NCBI RefSeq assembly: GCF_009914755.1 | Contig: NC_060948.1 | DNA: 64,000 nucleotides | Source: the human T2T-CHM13v2.0 reference genome, Homo sapiens | Strand: one strand, 5' to 3' | Part shown: positions 13,601-28,458 of the stretch, in pieces | Position numbering within the stretch: position 1 is the stretch's first letter | Layout of the letters: the number at the start of each line of letters is the position of its first letter | Notes under the pieces: generated by a model | Told to the model about the DNA's origin: nothing | Seen by the model: only the letters and a program-made list of their open reading frames with translations | The model's database searches: none | Translations under genes and position numbers: made by a program

Positions 13601-14236
13601 CTCGAATGGAATGGAAACGAAAGGAATGTCATCGAATGGAATTGAATCGATTGGAATGAAATCGCATAGAATGGAGTGGAATCAAATGGAATTGAATCGA
13701 AAGGAAAGGAAGCGAATGGACTGAAATGAAATGGAATGGAATTGAATGGAAAGTAATGCAATGGAATAGAATGGAACGAAATTTCACGGAATGGAATCAA
13801 ACTGAATGGAATCAAATCAATGGAATCAAATCAAATGGAATGGAAAGGAATTGAATGGAGTAGATGGGATTGGATGGGATTGGAATGAAGTGTACTGGAA
13901 AGGACTCGAATTTCATGAAACGGAATGGAATGAATTGGAACGGAATGGACTCGAATGGAATGGAATGTCATGGGATGGCATCAAATGGAATGGCATCAAA
14001 TGGAATGGAATCGAATGCAATGGAATGCTATGGAATGGAATGGAATGCATTGGAATGGAATGTCCTCTAATGGAATGGATTCGAGTGGAATGGAATTGAA
14101 TATAATGGAGTCGAATGAAATGGAATTGAAAGGAATGGGATCGAATACAATGGAATATACTGGAATGTAACGTAATGAACTCGAATGTAATTGACTGGAA
14201 TGGAATGTACATGAATGGAATGTAATCGAATGGAAA
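10674..14236 (+). repeat. DYZ1 unit 4 (type D, 3563 bp)
   Basis: 10-pentamer pure tract; carries one B marker (12661) and one C marker (13388) plus private variants at ~12636, 13081 and 13890. Confidence 0.9.
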
Positions 14237-17200
14237 GTAATCCAATGGAATAGAATCTAATGCAATAAAATCGACTCAGATAGAGTAGAATGTAATGGAA
14301 TGGAGTGCAGTGCAATGGAATGGAATGGAATGGAATGCAATGGAATGGAATGGAATGGAATGGAATGGAATGGAATGGAATGGAATGGGATGGAATGGTA
14401 TGGAATGGATAGTAATGGACTGGAGTGAAATGGACTGGAAAGGAATGGACTCAAATTGAAAGGGCTCGAAAGGAATGGAGTCAAATGGAATGGTCTGGAA
14501 TGGAATGAACACGAATGTAATGCAACCCAATAGAATGGAATCGAATGGCATGGAATATAAAGAAATGGAATCGAAGAGAATGGAAACAAATGGAATGGAA
14601 TTGAATGGAATGGGAACGAATGGAGTGAAATTGTATGCAGTAGAAGAGAATAGAATGGAATGCAAGCGAAAGGAAAGGAATGGATTGGAATGGAATGGAA
14701 TTCATTGGAATGGAAGGGAATGTAGTGTAATGGACAGGCCTGGAATAAAGTGGAATGCTACGGTCTCGAATGGAATAAAAATGTATGGAATGGAATGCAA
14801 TGAAACGGAATCGAATGTCATAGAATGTAATGGAATGCAAAAAAATGGAATCCAAAATCATTGACTGGAAAGGCTGGGTGTCGAAAGGAATTGACTCCAA
14901 TGGAATGGAATCGAATGGAATGGAAGTGAATAGAATCGAACTAAATCGAATGGAATGGAATTGATAGGAACGGAATGGAAAGGAATGCAATGATTTGGCA
15001 TGGAATGGAATCGAATGGCATCGAATGGAATGGAATGGAATGCAATGGAATGGAATGTATTAGAATGTAATGAACTTTAATGGAATGTACTCGAATGGAT
15101 TCGACTGGAATGGAATGTTCTGGAAGTGAATGGACTCCAATGGAATGGATTCAAAAGGAATGGAATCGTACGGAATGGAATCTAATGGAATGCAATTAAA
15201 TGGAAATGAATCAAATTGAATAGCACGGAATTGAATTGAATGGAATGGAATGCAATGGAATCTAATGAAACGGAAAGGAAAGGAATGGAATGGAATGGAA
15301 TGGGCTGGAATGGAAAGGAATCGAAACGAATGGAATGGAATCGAACTGAAGAGACTGGAATGGAATGCACTGGAATGGAAGGGAGTGTAATGGAAGGTTC
15401 TCGAAAAAAATGGAATCGAATGGAATGGAATTGAATGGAACGGAATAGAGTCGAATGGAATTGAATGGAATGGAATGGACTAGAGTGAAATGGAATCGAA
15501 CCACAAGGAATGGACAGGAATAGAATGGTCTCGAATTGAATGGAATCGTATGGAATGGCATCAAACGGAATGGAATGGACAGCCACGGAATGGAATGCAC
15601 TCGAATGCAATGGAGTCGAAACTAACGGACTGGAATAGAATGGACTCGACTGGTACGGACTCCAATGGAATGGAATCGAATGGAAGGGAATCGAACGGAA
15701 GGGAATCGAACGGAATGGACTCGAAGGGAAAAGACTGCAATGGAAAGGTCTCGAATGGAATGGAAATTAATGGAATCGAATGGAGTCGAATGAAATGGAG
15801 TCAAAAGGAATGGAATCGAATGGCAAGAAATCGAATGTAATGGAATCGCAAGGAATTGATGTGAACGGAACGGAATGGAATGGAATCCAAAGGAATGGAA
15901 TAGAATGGAATGGAATCGAATGGAAAGGACTCGAATTGAAATCACTCGAATAGAATGCAATTTAATAAAATAGGATCAAATGTAATGGAATGGAATGGAA
16001 AGGAATCGAAACGAAAGGAATGGAGACAGATGGAATGGAATGGAACAGAGAGCAATGGTATAGAATGGAATGGAATCATCTGGAATGGAATTGAATGGAA
16101 TGGAATCATATGAAATGGAATGGAATGGAATGGAATGGAATGCCCTTGAATTAAATGGACTGGAATGGAATGGACTCAAACAGAGTGGAATGGAAAGTGT
16201 GGAGATAGAATGGAATGAACTCCTTTGGAATGGTCTAGTAGGCAATGCAATCGACTGGCAGGGAATCAAAAGGAATGTAATCGAATGGATTGGACTGGAA
16301 TGCAATGGACTCGAATAGATTGGAAACGGAATGCAAAGAATGGAATGGAATAGTATGGAATGGAATGGAAAGGAATGGAGTGGAACAGACTAAAGTGGAA
16401 TGGAATGGACTGGAAAGCAATGGACTGGAATGGAACTTTCTTGAATGGACTGGAATCAAACGGAATGGAATGCAATGCAATCAAATGGCATGGAATAAAA
16501 TAGAATGAAAGAGAATCAAATGGAATTGAATCGAATGGAATCGAATGGATTGGAAAGGAATAGAATGGAATGGAATGGAATTGACTCAAATGGAATGGAC
16601 TAGAATGGAATGGATTCGAATGGAAGGCAAAGGAATGGAATCTATTGGAATGGACTGTAATGGAATGGAATGGAAGGGATTGGAATGGACTCGAATGGAA
16701 TGGACTGCAATAGAAAGGATTCGAATGGAATGAAAAAGAATTGAATGGAATAGAACAGAATGGAATCAAATCGAATGAAATGGAATGGAATAGAAAGGAA
16801 TGGAATGAAATGGAATGGAAAGGATTCGAATGGAATGCAATCGAATGGAATGGAATCGAACGGAATGGAATAAAATGGAAGAAAACTGGCAAGAAATGGA
16901 ATCGAAATGAATGGAGTGTTATGGAACGGACTCAAAAGGAATTGAATGTAATAGAATGGAGTGGAGTGGACTCGAATATAATGGACTGGAATGGAATGAA
17001 ATCACATGGAATGGGAACGAATGGAATGGAATGGAAAGGAATGGAATCGAATGGAAAGGAATCGAATGGAAGGGAATGAAATTGAATCAACAGGAATGGA
17101 AGGGAATAGAATAGACGGTAATGGAATGGACTCGAATAGAATGGACACGAATGCTCAAATTGAATGGACTCGAATGGAATGGAAACGAAAGGAATGTCAT

Positions 17201-17804
17201 CGAATGGAATTGAATCGATTGGAATGAAATCGCATAGAATGGAGTGGAATCAAATGGAATTGAATCGAAAGGAAAGGAAGCGAATGGACTGAAATGAAAT
17301 GGAATGGAATTGAATGGAAAGTAATGCAATGGAATAGAATGGAACGAAATTTCACGGAATGGAATCAAACTGAATGGAATCAAATCAATGGAATCAAATC
17401 AAATGGAATGGAAAGGAATTGAATGGAGTAGATGGGATTGGATGGGATTGGAATGAAATGTACTGGAAAGGACTCGAATTTCATGAAACGGAATGGAATG
17501 AATTGGAACGGAATGGACTCGAATGGAATGGAATGTCATGGGATGGCATCAAATGGAATGGCATCAAATGGAATGGAATCGAATGCAATGGAATGCTATG
17601 GAATGGAATGGAATGCATTGGAATGGAATGTCCTCTAATGGAATGGATTCGAGTGGAATGGAATTGAATATAATGGAGTCGAATGAAATGGAATTGAAAG
17701 GAATGGGATCGAATACAATGGAATATACTGGAATGTAACGTAATGAACTCGAATGTAATTGACTGGAAAGGAATGTACATGAATGGAATGTAATCGAATG
17801 GAAA
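14237..17804 (+). repeat. DYZ1 unit 5 (type A, 3568 bp)
   Basis: Same length, tract size (9) and A markers as unit 1, offset 14,236 bp. Confidence 0.92.
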
Positions 17805-20800
17805 GTAATCCAATGGAATAGAATCTAATGCAATAAAATCGACTCAGATAGAGTAGAATGTAATGGAATGGAGTGCAGTGCAATGGAATGGAATGGAATG
17901 GAATGCAATGGAATGGAATGGAATGGAATGGAATGGAATGGAATGGGATGGAATGGTATGGAATGGATAGTAATGGACTGGAGTGAAATGGACTGGAAAG
18001 GAATGGACTCAAATTGAAAGGGCTCGAAAGGAATGGAGTCAAATGGAATGGTCTGGAATGGAATGAACACGAATGTAATGCAACCCAATAGAATGGAATC
18101 GAATGGCATGGAATAGAAAGAAATGGAATCGAAGAGAATGGAAACAAATGGAATGGAATTGAATGGAATGGGAACGAATGGAGTGAAATTGTATGCAGTA
18201 GAAGAGAATAGAATGGAATGCAAGCGAAAGGAAAGGAATGGATTGGAATGGAATGGAATTCATTGGAATGGAAGGGAATGTAGTGTAATGGACAGGCCTG
18301 GAATAAAGTGGAATGATACGGTCTCGAATGGAATAAAAATGTATGGAATGGAATGCAATGAAACGGAATCGAATGTCATAGAATGTAATGGAATGCAAAA
18401 AAATGGAATCCAAAATCATTGACTGGAAAGGCTGGGTGTCGAAAGGAATTGACTCCAATGGAATGGAATCGAATGGAATGGAAGTGAATAGAATCGAACT
18501 AAATCGAATGGAATGGAATTGATAGGAATGGAATGGAAAGGAATGCAATGATTTGGCATGGAATGGAATCGAATGGCATCGAATGGAATGGAATGGAATG
18601 CAATGGAATGGAATGTATTAGAATGTAATGAACTTTAATGGAATGTACTCGAATGGATTCGACTGGAATGGAATGTTCTGGAAGTGAATGGACTCCAATG
18701 GAATGGATTCAAAAGGAATGGAATCGTACGGAATGGAATCTAATGGAATGCAATTAAATGGAAATGAATCAAATTGAATAGCACGGAATTGAATTGAATG
18801 GAATGGAATGCAATGGAATCTAATGAAACGGAAAGGAAAGGAATGGAATGGAATGGAATGGGCTGGAATGGAAAGGAATCGAAACGAATGGAATGGAATC
18901 GAACTGAAGAGACTGGAATGGAATGCACTGGAATGGAAGGGAGTGTAATGGAAGGTTCTCGAAAAAAATGGAATCGAATGGAATGCAATTGAATGGAACG
19001 GAATAGAGTCGAATGGAATTGAATGGAATGGAATGGACTAGAGTGAAATGGAATCGAACCACAAGGAATGGACAGGAATAGAATGGTCTCGAATTGAATG
19101 GAATCGTATGGAATGGCATCAAACGGAATGGAATGGACAGCCACGGAATGGAATGCACTCGAATGCAATGGAGTCGAAACTAACGGACTGGAATAGAATG
19201 GAATCGACTGGTACGGACTCCAATGGAATGGAATCGAATGGAAGGGAATCGAACGGAAGGGAATCGAACGGAATGGACTCGAAGGGAAAAGACTGCAATG
19301 GAAAGGTCTCGAATGGAATGGAAATTAATGGAATGGAATGGAATCGAATGAAATGGAGTCAAAAGGAATGGAATCGAATGGCAAGAAATCGAATGTAATG
19401 GAATCGCAAGGAATTGATGTGAACGGAACGGAATGGAATGGAATCCAAAGGAATGGAATAGAATGGAATGGAATCGAATGGAAAGGACTCGAATGGAAAT
19501 CACTCGAATAGAATGCAATTTAATAAAATAGGATCAAATGTAATGGAATGGAATGGAAAGGAATCGAAACGAAAGGAATGGAGACAGATGGAATGGAATG
19601 GAACAGAGAGCAATGGTATAGAATGGAATGGAATCATCTGGAATGGAATTGAATGGAATGGAATGATATGAAATGGAATGGAATGGAATGGAATGGAATG
19701 CCCTTGAATTAAATGGACTGGACTCGAACAGAGTGGAATGGAAAGTGTGGAGATAGAATGGAATGAACTCCTTTGGGATGGTCTAGTAGGCAATGCAATC
19801 GACTGGCAGGGAATCAAAAGGAATGTAATCGAATGGATTGGACTGGAATGCAATGGACTCGAATAGATTGGAAACGGAATGCAAAGAATGGAATGGAATA
19901 GTATGGAATGGAATGGAAAGGAATGGAGTGGAATAGACTAGAGTGGAATGGAATGGACTGGAAAGCAATGGACTGGAATGGAACTTTGTTGAATGGACTG
20001 GAATCAAACGGAATGGAATGCAATGCAATCAAATGGCATGGAATAAAATAGAATGAAAGAGAATCAAATGGAATTGAATCGAATGGAATCGAATGGATTG
20101 GAAAGGAATAGAATGGAATGGAATGGAATTGACTCAAATGGAATGGACTAGAATGGAATGGATTCGAATGGAAGGCAAAGGAATGGAATCTATTGGAATG
20201 GACTGTAATGGAATGGAATGGAAGGGATTGGAATGGACTCGAATGGAATGGACTGCAATAGAAAGGATTCGAATGGAATGAAAAAGAATTGAATGGAATA
20301 GAACAGAATGGAATCAAATCGAATGAAATGGAATGGAATAGAAAGGAATGGAATGAAATGGAATGGAAAGGATTCGAATGGAATGCAATCGAATGGAATG
20401 GAATCGAACGGAATGGAATAAAATGGAAGAAAACTGGCAAGAAATGGAATCGAAATGAATGGAGTGTTATGGAACGGACTCAAAAGGAATTGAATGTAAT
20501 AGAATGGAGTGGAGTGGACTCGAATATAATGGACTGGAATGGAATGAAATCACATGGAATGGGAACGAATGGAATGGAATGGAAAGGAATGGAATCGAAT
20601 GGAAAGGAATCGAATGGAAGGGAATGAAATTGAATCAACAGGAATGGAAGGGAATAGAATAGACGGTAATGGAATGGACTCGAATAGAATGGACACGAAT
20701 GCTCAAATTGAATGGACTCGAATGGAATGGAAACGAAAGGAATGTCATCGAATGGAATTGAATCGATTGGAATGAAATCGCATAGAATGGAGTGGAATCA

Positions 20801-21352
20801 AATGGAATTGAATCGAAAGGAAAGGAAGCGAATGGACTGAAATGAAATGGAATGGAATTGAATGGAAAGTAATGCAATGGAATAGAATGGAACGAAATTT
20901 CACGGAATGGAATCAAACTGAATGGAATCAAATCAATGGAATCAAATCAAATGGAATGGAAAGGAATTGAATGGAGTAGATGGGATTGGATGGGATTGGA
21001 ATGAAATGTACTGGAAAGGACTCGAATTTCATGAAACGGAATGGAATGAATTGGAACGGAATGGACTCGAATGGAATGGAATGTCATGGGATGGCATCAA
21101 ATGGAATGGCATCAAATGGAATGGAATCGAATGCAATGGAATGCTATGGAATGGAATGGAATGCATTGGAATGGAATGTCCTCTAATGGAATGGATTCGA
21201 GTGGAATGGAATTGAATATAATGGAGTCGAATGAAATGGAATTGAAAGGAATGGGATCGAATACAATGGAATATACTGGAATGTAACGTAATGAACTCGA
21301 ATGTAATTGACTGGAATGGAATGTACATGAATGGAATGTAATCGAATGGAAA
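17805..21352 (+). repeat. DYZ1 unit 6 (type B, 3548 bp)
   Basis: Same length and B markers as unit 2, offset 14,236 bp. Confidence 0.92.
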
Positions 21353-24300
21353 GTAATCCAAAGGTATAGAATCTAATGCAATAAAATCGACTCAGATAGA
21401 GTAGAATGTAATGGAATGGAGTGCAGTGCAATGGAATGGAATGGAATGGAATGCAATGGAATGGAATGGAATGGAATGGAATGGAATGGGATGGAATGGT
21501 GTGGAATGGATAGTAATGGACTGGAGTGAAATGGACTGGAAAGGAATGGACTCAAATTGAAAGGTCTCGAAAGGAATGGATTCAAATGGAATGGTCTGGA
21601 ATGGAATGAACACGAATGTAATGCAACCCAATAGAATGGAATCGAATGGCATGGAATAGAAAGAAATGGAATCGAAGAGAATGGAAACAAATGGAATGGA
21701 ATTGAATGGAATGGAATTGAATGGAATGGGAACGAATGGAGTGAAATTGTATGCAGTAGAAGAGAATAGAATGGAATGCAAGCGAAAGGAAAGGAATGGA
21801 TTGGAATGGAATGGAATTCATTGGAATGGAAGGGAATGTAGTGTAATGGACAGGCCTGGAATAAAGTGGAATGCTACGGTCTCGAATGGAATAAAAATGT
21901 ATGGAATGGAATGCAATGAAACGGAATCGAATGTCATAGAATGTAATGGAATGCAACAAAATGGAATCCAAAATCATTGACTGGAAAGGCTGGGTGTCGA
22001 AAGGAATTGACTCCAATGGAATGGAATCGAATGGAATGGAAGTGAATAGAATCGAACTAAATCGAATGGAATGGAATTGATAGGAACGGAATGGAAAGGA
22101 ATGCAATGATTTGGCATGGAATGGAATCGAATGGCATCGAATGGAATGGAATGGAATGCAATGGAATGGAATGTATTAGAATGTAATGAACTTTAATGGA
22201 ATGTACTCGAATGGATTCGACTGGAATGGAATGTTCTGGAAGTGAATGGACTCCAATGGAATGGATTCAAAAGGAATGGAATCGTACGGAATGGAATCTA
22301 ATGGAATGCAATTAAATGGAAATGAATCAAATTGAATAGCACGGAATTGAATTGAATGGAATGGAATGCAATGGAATCTAATGAAACGGAAAGGAAAGGA
22401 ATGGAATGGAATGGAATGGGCTGGAATGGAAAGGAATCGAAACGAATGGAATGGAATCGAACTGAAGAGACTGGAATGGAATGCACTGGAATGGAAGGGA
22501 GTGTAATGGAAGGTTCTCGAAAAAAATGGAATCGAATGGAATGCAATTGAATGGAACGGAATAGATTCGAATGGAATTGAATGGAATGGAATGGACTAGA
22601 GTGAAATGGAATCGAACCACAAGGAATGGACAGGAATAGAATGGTCTCGAATTGAATGGAATCGTATGGAATGGCATCAAACGGAATGGAATGGACAGCC
22701 ACGGAATGGAATGCACTCGAATGCAATGGAGTCGAAACTAACGGACTGGAATAGAATGGACTCGATTGGTACGGACTCCAATGGAATGGAATCGAATGGA
22801 AGGGAATCGAACGGAAGGGAATCGAACGGAATGGACTCGAAGGGAAAAGACTGCAATGGAAAGGTCTCGAATGGAATGGAAATTAATGGAATGGAATGGA
22901 ATCGAATGAAATGGAGTCAAAAGGAATGGAATCGAATGGCAAGAAATCGAATGTAATGGAATCGCAAGGAATTGATGTGAACGGAACGGAATGGAATGGA
23001 ATCCAAAGGAATGGAATAGAATGGAATGGAATCGAATGGAAAGGACTCGAATGGAAATCACTCGAATAGAATGCAATTTAATAAAATAGGATCAAATGTA
23101 ATGGAATGGAATGGAAAGGAATCGAAACGAAAGGAATGGAGACAGATGGAATGGAATGGAACAGAGAGCAATGGTATAGAATGGAATGGAATCATCTGGA
23201 ATGGAATTGAATGGAATGGAATGATATGAAATGGAATGGAATGGAATGGAATGGAATGCCCTTGAATTAAATGGACTGGACTCGAACAGAGTGGAATGGA
23301 AAGTGTGGAGATAGAATGGAATGAACTCCTTTGGAATGGTCTAGTAGGCAATGCAATCGACTGGCAGGGAATCAAAAGGAATGTAATCGAATGGATTGGA
23401 CTGGAATGCAATGGACTCGAATAGATTGGAAACGGAATGCAAAGAATGGAATGGAATAGTATGGAATGGAATGGAAAGGAATGGAGTGGAATAGACTAGA
23501 GTGGAATGGAATGGACTGGAAAGCAATGGACTGGAATGGAACTTTCTTGAATGGACTGGAATCAAACGGAATGGAATGCAATGCAATCAAATGGCATGGA
23601 ATAAAATAGAATGAAAGAGAATCAAATGGAATTGAATCGAATGGAATCGAATGGATTGGAAAGGAATAGAATGGAATGGAATGGAATTGACTCAAATGGA
23701 ATGGACTAGAATGGAATGGATTCGAATGGAAGGCAAAGGAATGGAATCTATTGGAATGGACTGTAATGGAATGGAATGGAAGGGATTGGAATGGACTCGA
23801 ATGGAATGGACTGCAATAGAAAGGATTCGAATGGAATGAAAAAGAATTGAATGGAATAGAACAGAATGGAATCAAATCGAATGAAATGGAATGGAATAGA
23901 AAGGAATGGAATGAAATGGAATGGAAAGGATTCGAATGGAATGCAATCGAATGGAATGGAATCGAACGGAATGGAATAAAATGGAAGAAAACTGGCAAGA
24001 AATGGAATCGAAATGAATGGAGTGTTATGGAACGGACTCAAAAGGAATTGAATGTAATAGAATGGAGTGGAGTGGACTCGAATATAATGGACTGGAATGG
24101 AATGAAATCACATGGAATGGGAACGAATGGAATGGAATGGAAAGGAATGGAATCGAATGGAAAGGAATCGAATGGAAGGGAATGAAATTGAATCAACAGG
24201 AATGGAAGGGAATAGAATAGACGGTAATGGAATGGACTCGAATAGAATGGACACGAATGCTCAAATTGAATGGACTCGAATGGAATGGAAACGAAAGGAA

Positions 24301-24910
24301 TGTCATCGAATGGAATTGAATCGATTGGAATGAAATCGCATAGAATGGAGTGGAATCAAATGGAATTGAATCGAAAGGAAAGGAAGCGAATGGACTGAAA
24401 TGAAATGGAATGGAATTGAATGGAAAGTAATGCAATGGAATAGAATGGAACGAAATTTCACGGAATGGAATCAAACTGAATGGAATCAAATCAATGGAAT
24501 CAAATCAAATGGAATGGAAAGGAATTGAATGGAGTAGATGGGATTGGATGGGATTGGAATGAAATGTACTGGAAAGGACTCGAATTTCATGAAACGGAAT
24601 GGAATGAATTGGAACGGAATGGACTCGAATGGAATGGAATGTCATGGGATGGCATCAAATGGAATGGCATCAAATGGAATGGAATCGAATGCAATGGAAT
24701 GCTATGGAATGGAATGGAATGCATTGGAATGGAATGTCCTCTAATGGAATGGATTCGAGTGGAATGGAATTGAATATAATGGAGTCGAATGAAATGGAAT
24801 TGAAAGGAATGGGATCGAATACAATGGAATATACTGGAATGTAACGTAATGAACTCGAATGTAATTGACTGGAAAGGAATGTACATGAATGGAATGTAAT
24901 CGAATGGAAA
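21353..24910 (+). repeat. DYZ1 unit 7 (chimeric C 5' / A 3', 3558 bp)
   Basis: C markers up to ~22766; the 3' C markers are absent; the A-type end marker GACTGGAAAGGAATGTAC is present at ~24867-24884. Confidence 0.85.
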
Positions 24911-27900
24911 GTAATCCAATGGAATAGAATCTAATGCAATAAAATCGACTCAGATAGAGTAGAATGTAATGGAATGGAGTGCAGTGCAATGGAATGGAAT
25001 GGAATGGAATGCAATGGAATGGAATGGAATGGAATGGAATGGAATGGAATGGGATGGAATGGTATGGAATGGATAGTAATGGACTGGAGTGAAATGGACT
25101 GGAAAGGAATGGACTCAAATTGAAAGGGCTCGAAAGGAATGGAGTCAAATGGAATGGTCTGGAATGGAATGAACACGAATGTAATGCAACCCAATAGAAT
25201 GGAATCGAATGGCATGGAATAGAAAGAAATGGAATCGAAGAGAATGGAAACAAATGGAATGGAATTGAATGGAATGGGAACGAATGGAGTGAAATTGTAT
25301 GCAGTAGAAGAGAATAGAATGGAATGCAAGCGAAAGGAAAGGAATGGATTGGAATGGAATGGAATTCATTGGAATGGAAGGGAATGTAGTGTAATGGACA
25401 GGCCTGGAATAAAGTGGAATGATACGGTCTCGAATGGAATAAAAATGTATGGAATGGAATGCAATGAAACGGAATCGAATGTCATAGAATGTAATGGAAT
25501 GCAAAAAAATGGAATCCAAAATCATTGACTGGAAAGGCTGGGTGTCGAAAGGAATTGACTCCAATGGAATGGAATCGAATGGAATGGAAGTGAATAGAAT
25601 CGAACTAAATCGAATGGAATGGAATTGATAGGAATGGAATGGAAAGGAATGCAATGATTTGGCATGGAATGGAATCGAATGGCATCGAATGGAATGGAAT
25701 GGAATGCAATGGAATGGAATGTATTAGAATGTAATGAACTTTAATGGAATGTACTCGAATGGATTCGACTGGAATGGAATGTTCTGGAAGTGAATGGACT
25801 CCAATGGAATGGATTCAAAAGGAATGGAATCGTACGGAATGGAATCTAATGGAATGCAATTAAATGGAAATGAATCAAATTGAATAGCACGGAATTGAAT
25901 TGAATGGAATGGAATGCAATGGAATCTAATGAAACGGAAAGGAAAGGAATGGAATGGAATGGAATGGGCTGGAATGGAAAGGAATCGAAACGAATGGAAT
26001 GGAATCGAACTGAAGAGACTAGAATGGAATGCACTGGAATGGAAGGGAGTGTAATGGAAGGTTCTCGAAAAAAATGGAATCGAATGGAATGCAATTGAAT
26101 GGAACGGAATAGAGTCGAATGGAATTGAATGGAATGGAATGGACTAGAGTGAAATGGAATCGAACCACAAGGAATGGACAGGAATAGAATGGTCTCGAAT
26201 TGAATGGAATCGTATGGAATGGCATCAAACGGAATGGAATGGACAGCCACGGAATGGAATGCACTCGAATGCAATGGAGTCGAAACTAACGGACTGGAAT
26301 AGAATGGAATCGACTGGTACGGACTCCAATGGAATGGAATCGAATGGAAGGGAATCGAACGGAAGGGAATCGAACGGAATGGACTCGAAGGGAAAAGACT
26401 GCAATGGAAAGGTCTCGAATGGAATGGAAATTAATGGAATGGAATGGAATCGAATGAAATGGAGTCAAAAGGAATGGAATCGAATGGCAAGAAATCGAAT
26501 GTAATGGAATCGCAAGGAATTGATGTGAACGGAACGGAATGGAATGGAATCCAAAGGAATGGAATAGAATGGAATGGAATCGAATGGAAAGGACTCGAAT
26601 GGAAATCACTCGAATAGAATGCAATTTAATAAAATAGGATCAAATGTAATGGAATGGAATGGAAAGGAATCGAAACGAAAGGAATGGAGACAGATGGAAT
26701 GGAATGGAACAGAGAGCAATGGTATAGAATGGAATGGAATCATCTGGAATGGAATTGAATGGAATGGAATGATATGAAATGGAATGGAATGGAATGGAAT
26801 GGAATGCCCTTGAATTAAATGGACTGGACTCGAACAGAGTGGAATGGAAAGTGTGGAGATAGAATGGAATGAACTCCTTTGGGATGGTCTAGTAGGCAAT
26901 GCAATCGACTGGCAGGGAATCAAAAGGAATGTAATCGAATGGATTGGACTGGAATGCAATGGACTCGAATAGATTGGAAACGGAATGCAAAGAATGGAAT
27001 GGAATAGTATGGAATGGAATGGAAAGGAATGGAGTGGAATAGACTAGAGTGGAATGGAATGGACTGGAAAGCAATGGACTGGAATGGAACTTTGTTGAAT
27101 GGACTGGAATCAAACGGAATGGAATGCAATGCAATCAAATGGCATGGAATAAAATAGAATGAAAGAGAATCAAATGGAATTGAATCGAATGGAATCGAAT
27201 GGATTGGAAAGGAATAGAATGGAATGGAATGGAATTGACTCAAATGGAATGGACTAGAATGGAATGGATTCGAATGGAAGGCAAAGGAATGGAATCTATT
27301 GGAATGGACTGTAATGGAATGGAATGGAAGGGATTGGAATGGACTCGAATGGAATGGACTGCAATAGAAAGGATTCGAATGGAATGAAAAAGAATTGAAT
27401 GGAATAGAACAGAATGGAATCAAATCGAATGAAATGGAATGGAATAGAAAGGAATGGAATGAAATGGAATGGAAAGGATTCGAATGGAATGCAATCGAAT
27501 GGAATGGAATCGAACGGAATGGAATAAAATGGAAGAAAACTGGCAAGAAATGGAATCGAAATGAATGGAGTGTTATGGAACGGACTCAAAAGGAATTGAA
27601 TGTAATAGAATGGAGTGGAGTGGACTCGAATATAATGGACTGGAATGGAATGAAATCACATGGAATGGGAACGAATGGAATGGAATGGAAAGGAATGGAA
27701 TCGAATGGAAAGGAATCGAATGGAAGGGAATGAAATTGAATCAACAGGAATGGAAGGGAATAGAATAGACGGTAATGGAATGGACTCGAATAGAATGGAC
27801 ACGAATGCTCAAATTGAATGGACTCGAATGGAATGGAAACGAAAGGAATGTCATCGAATGGAATTGAATCGATTGGAATGAAATCGCATAGAATGGAGTG

Positions 27901-28458
27901 GAATCAAATGGAATTGAATCGAAAGGAAAGGAAGCGAATGGACTGAAATGAAATGGAATGGAATTGAATGGAAAGTAATGCAATGGAATAGAATGGAACG
28001 AAATTTCACGGAATGGAATCAAACTGAATGGAATCAAATCAATGGAATCAAATCAAATGGAATGGAAAGGAATTGAATGGAGTAGATGGGATTGGATGGG
28101 ATTGGAATGAAATGTACTGGAAAGGACTCGAATTTCATGAAACGGAATGGAATGAATTGGAACGGAATGGACTCGAATGGAATGGAATGTCATGGGATGG
28201 CATCAAATGGAATGGCATCAAATGGAATGGAATCGAATGCAATGGAATGCTATGGAATGGAATGGAATGCATTGGAATGGAATGTCCTCTAATGGAATGG
28301 ATTCGAGTGGAATGGAATTGAATATAATGGAGTCGAATGAAATGGAATTGAAAGGAATGGGATCGAATACAATGGAATATACTGGAATGTAACGTAATGA
28401 ACTCGAATGTAATTGACTGGAATGGAATGTACATGAATGGAATGTAATCGAATGGAAA
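24911..28458 (+). repeat. DYZ1 unit 8 (type B, 3548 bp)
   Basis: B markers; shares T at 25635 with unit 6 (18529) where unit 2 has C (4293). Confidence 0.92.
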
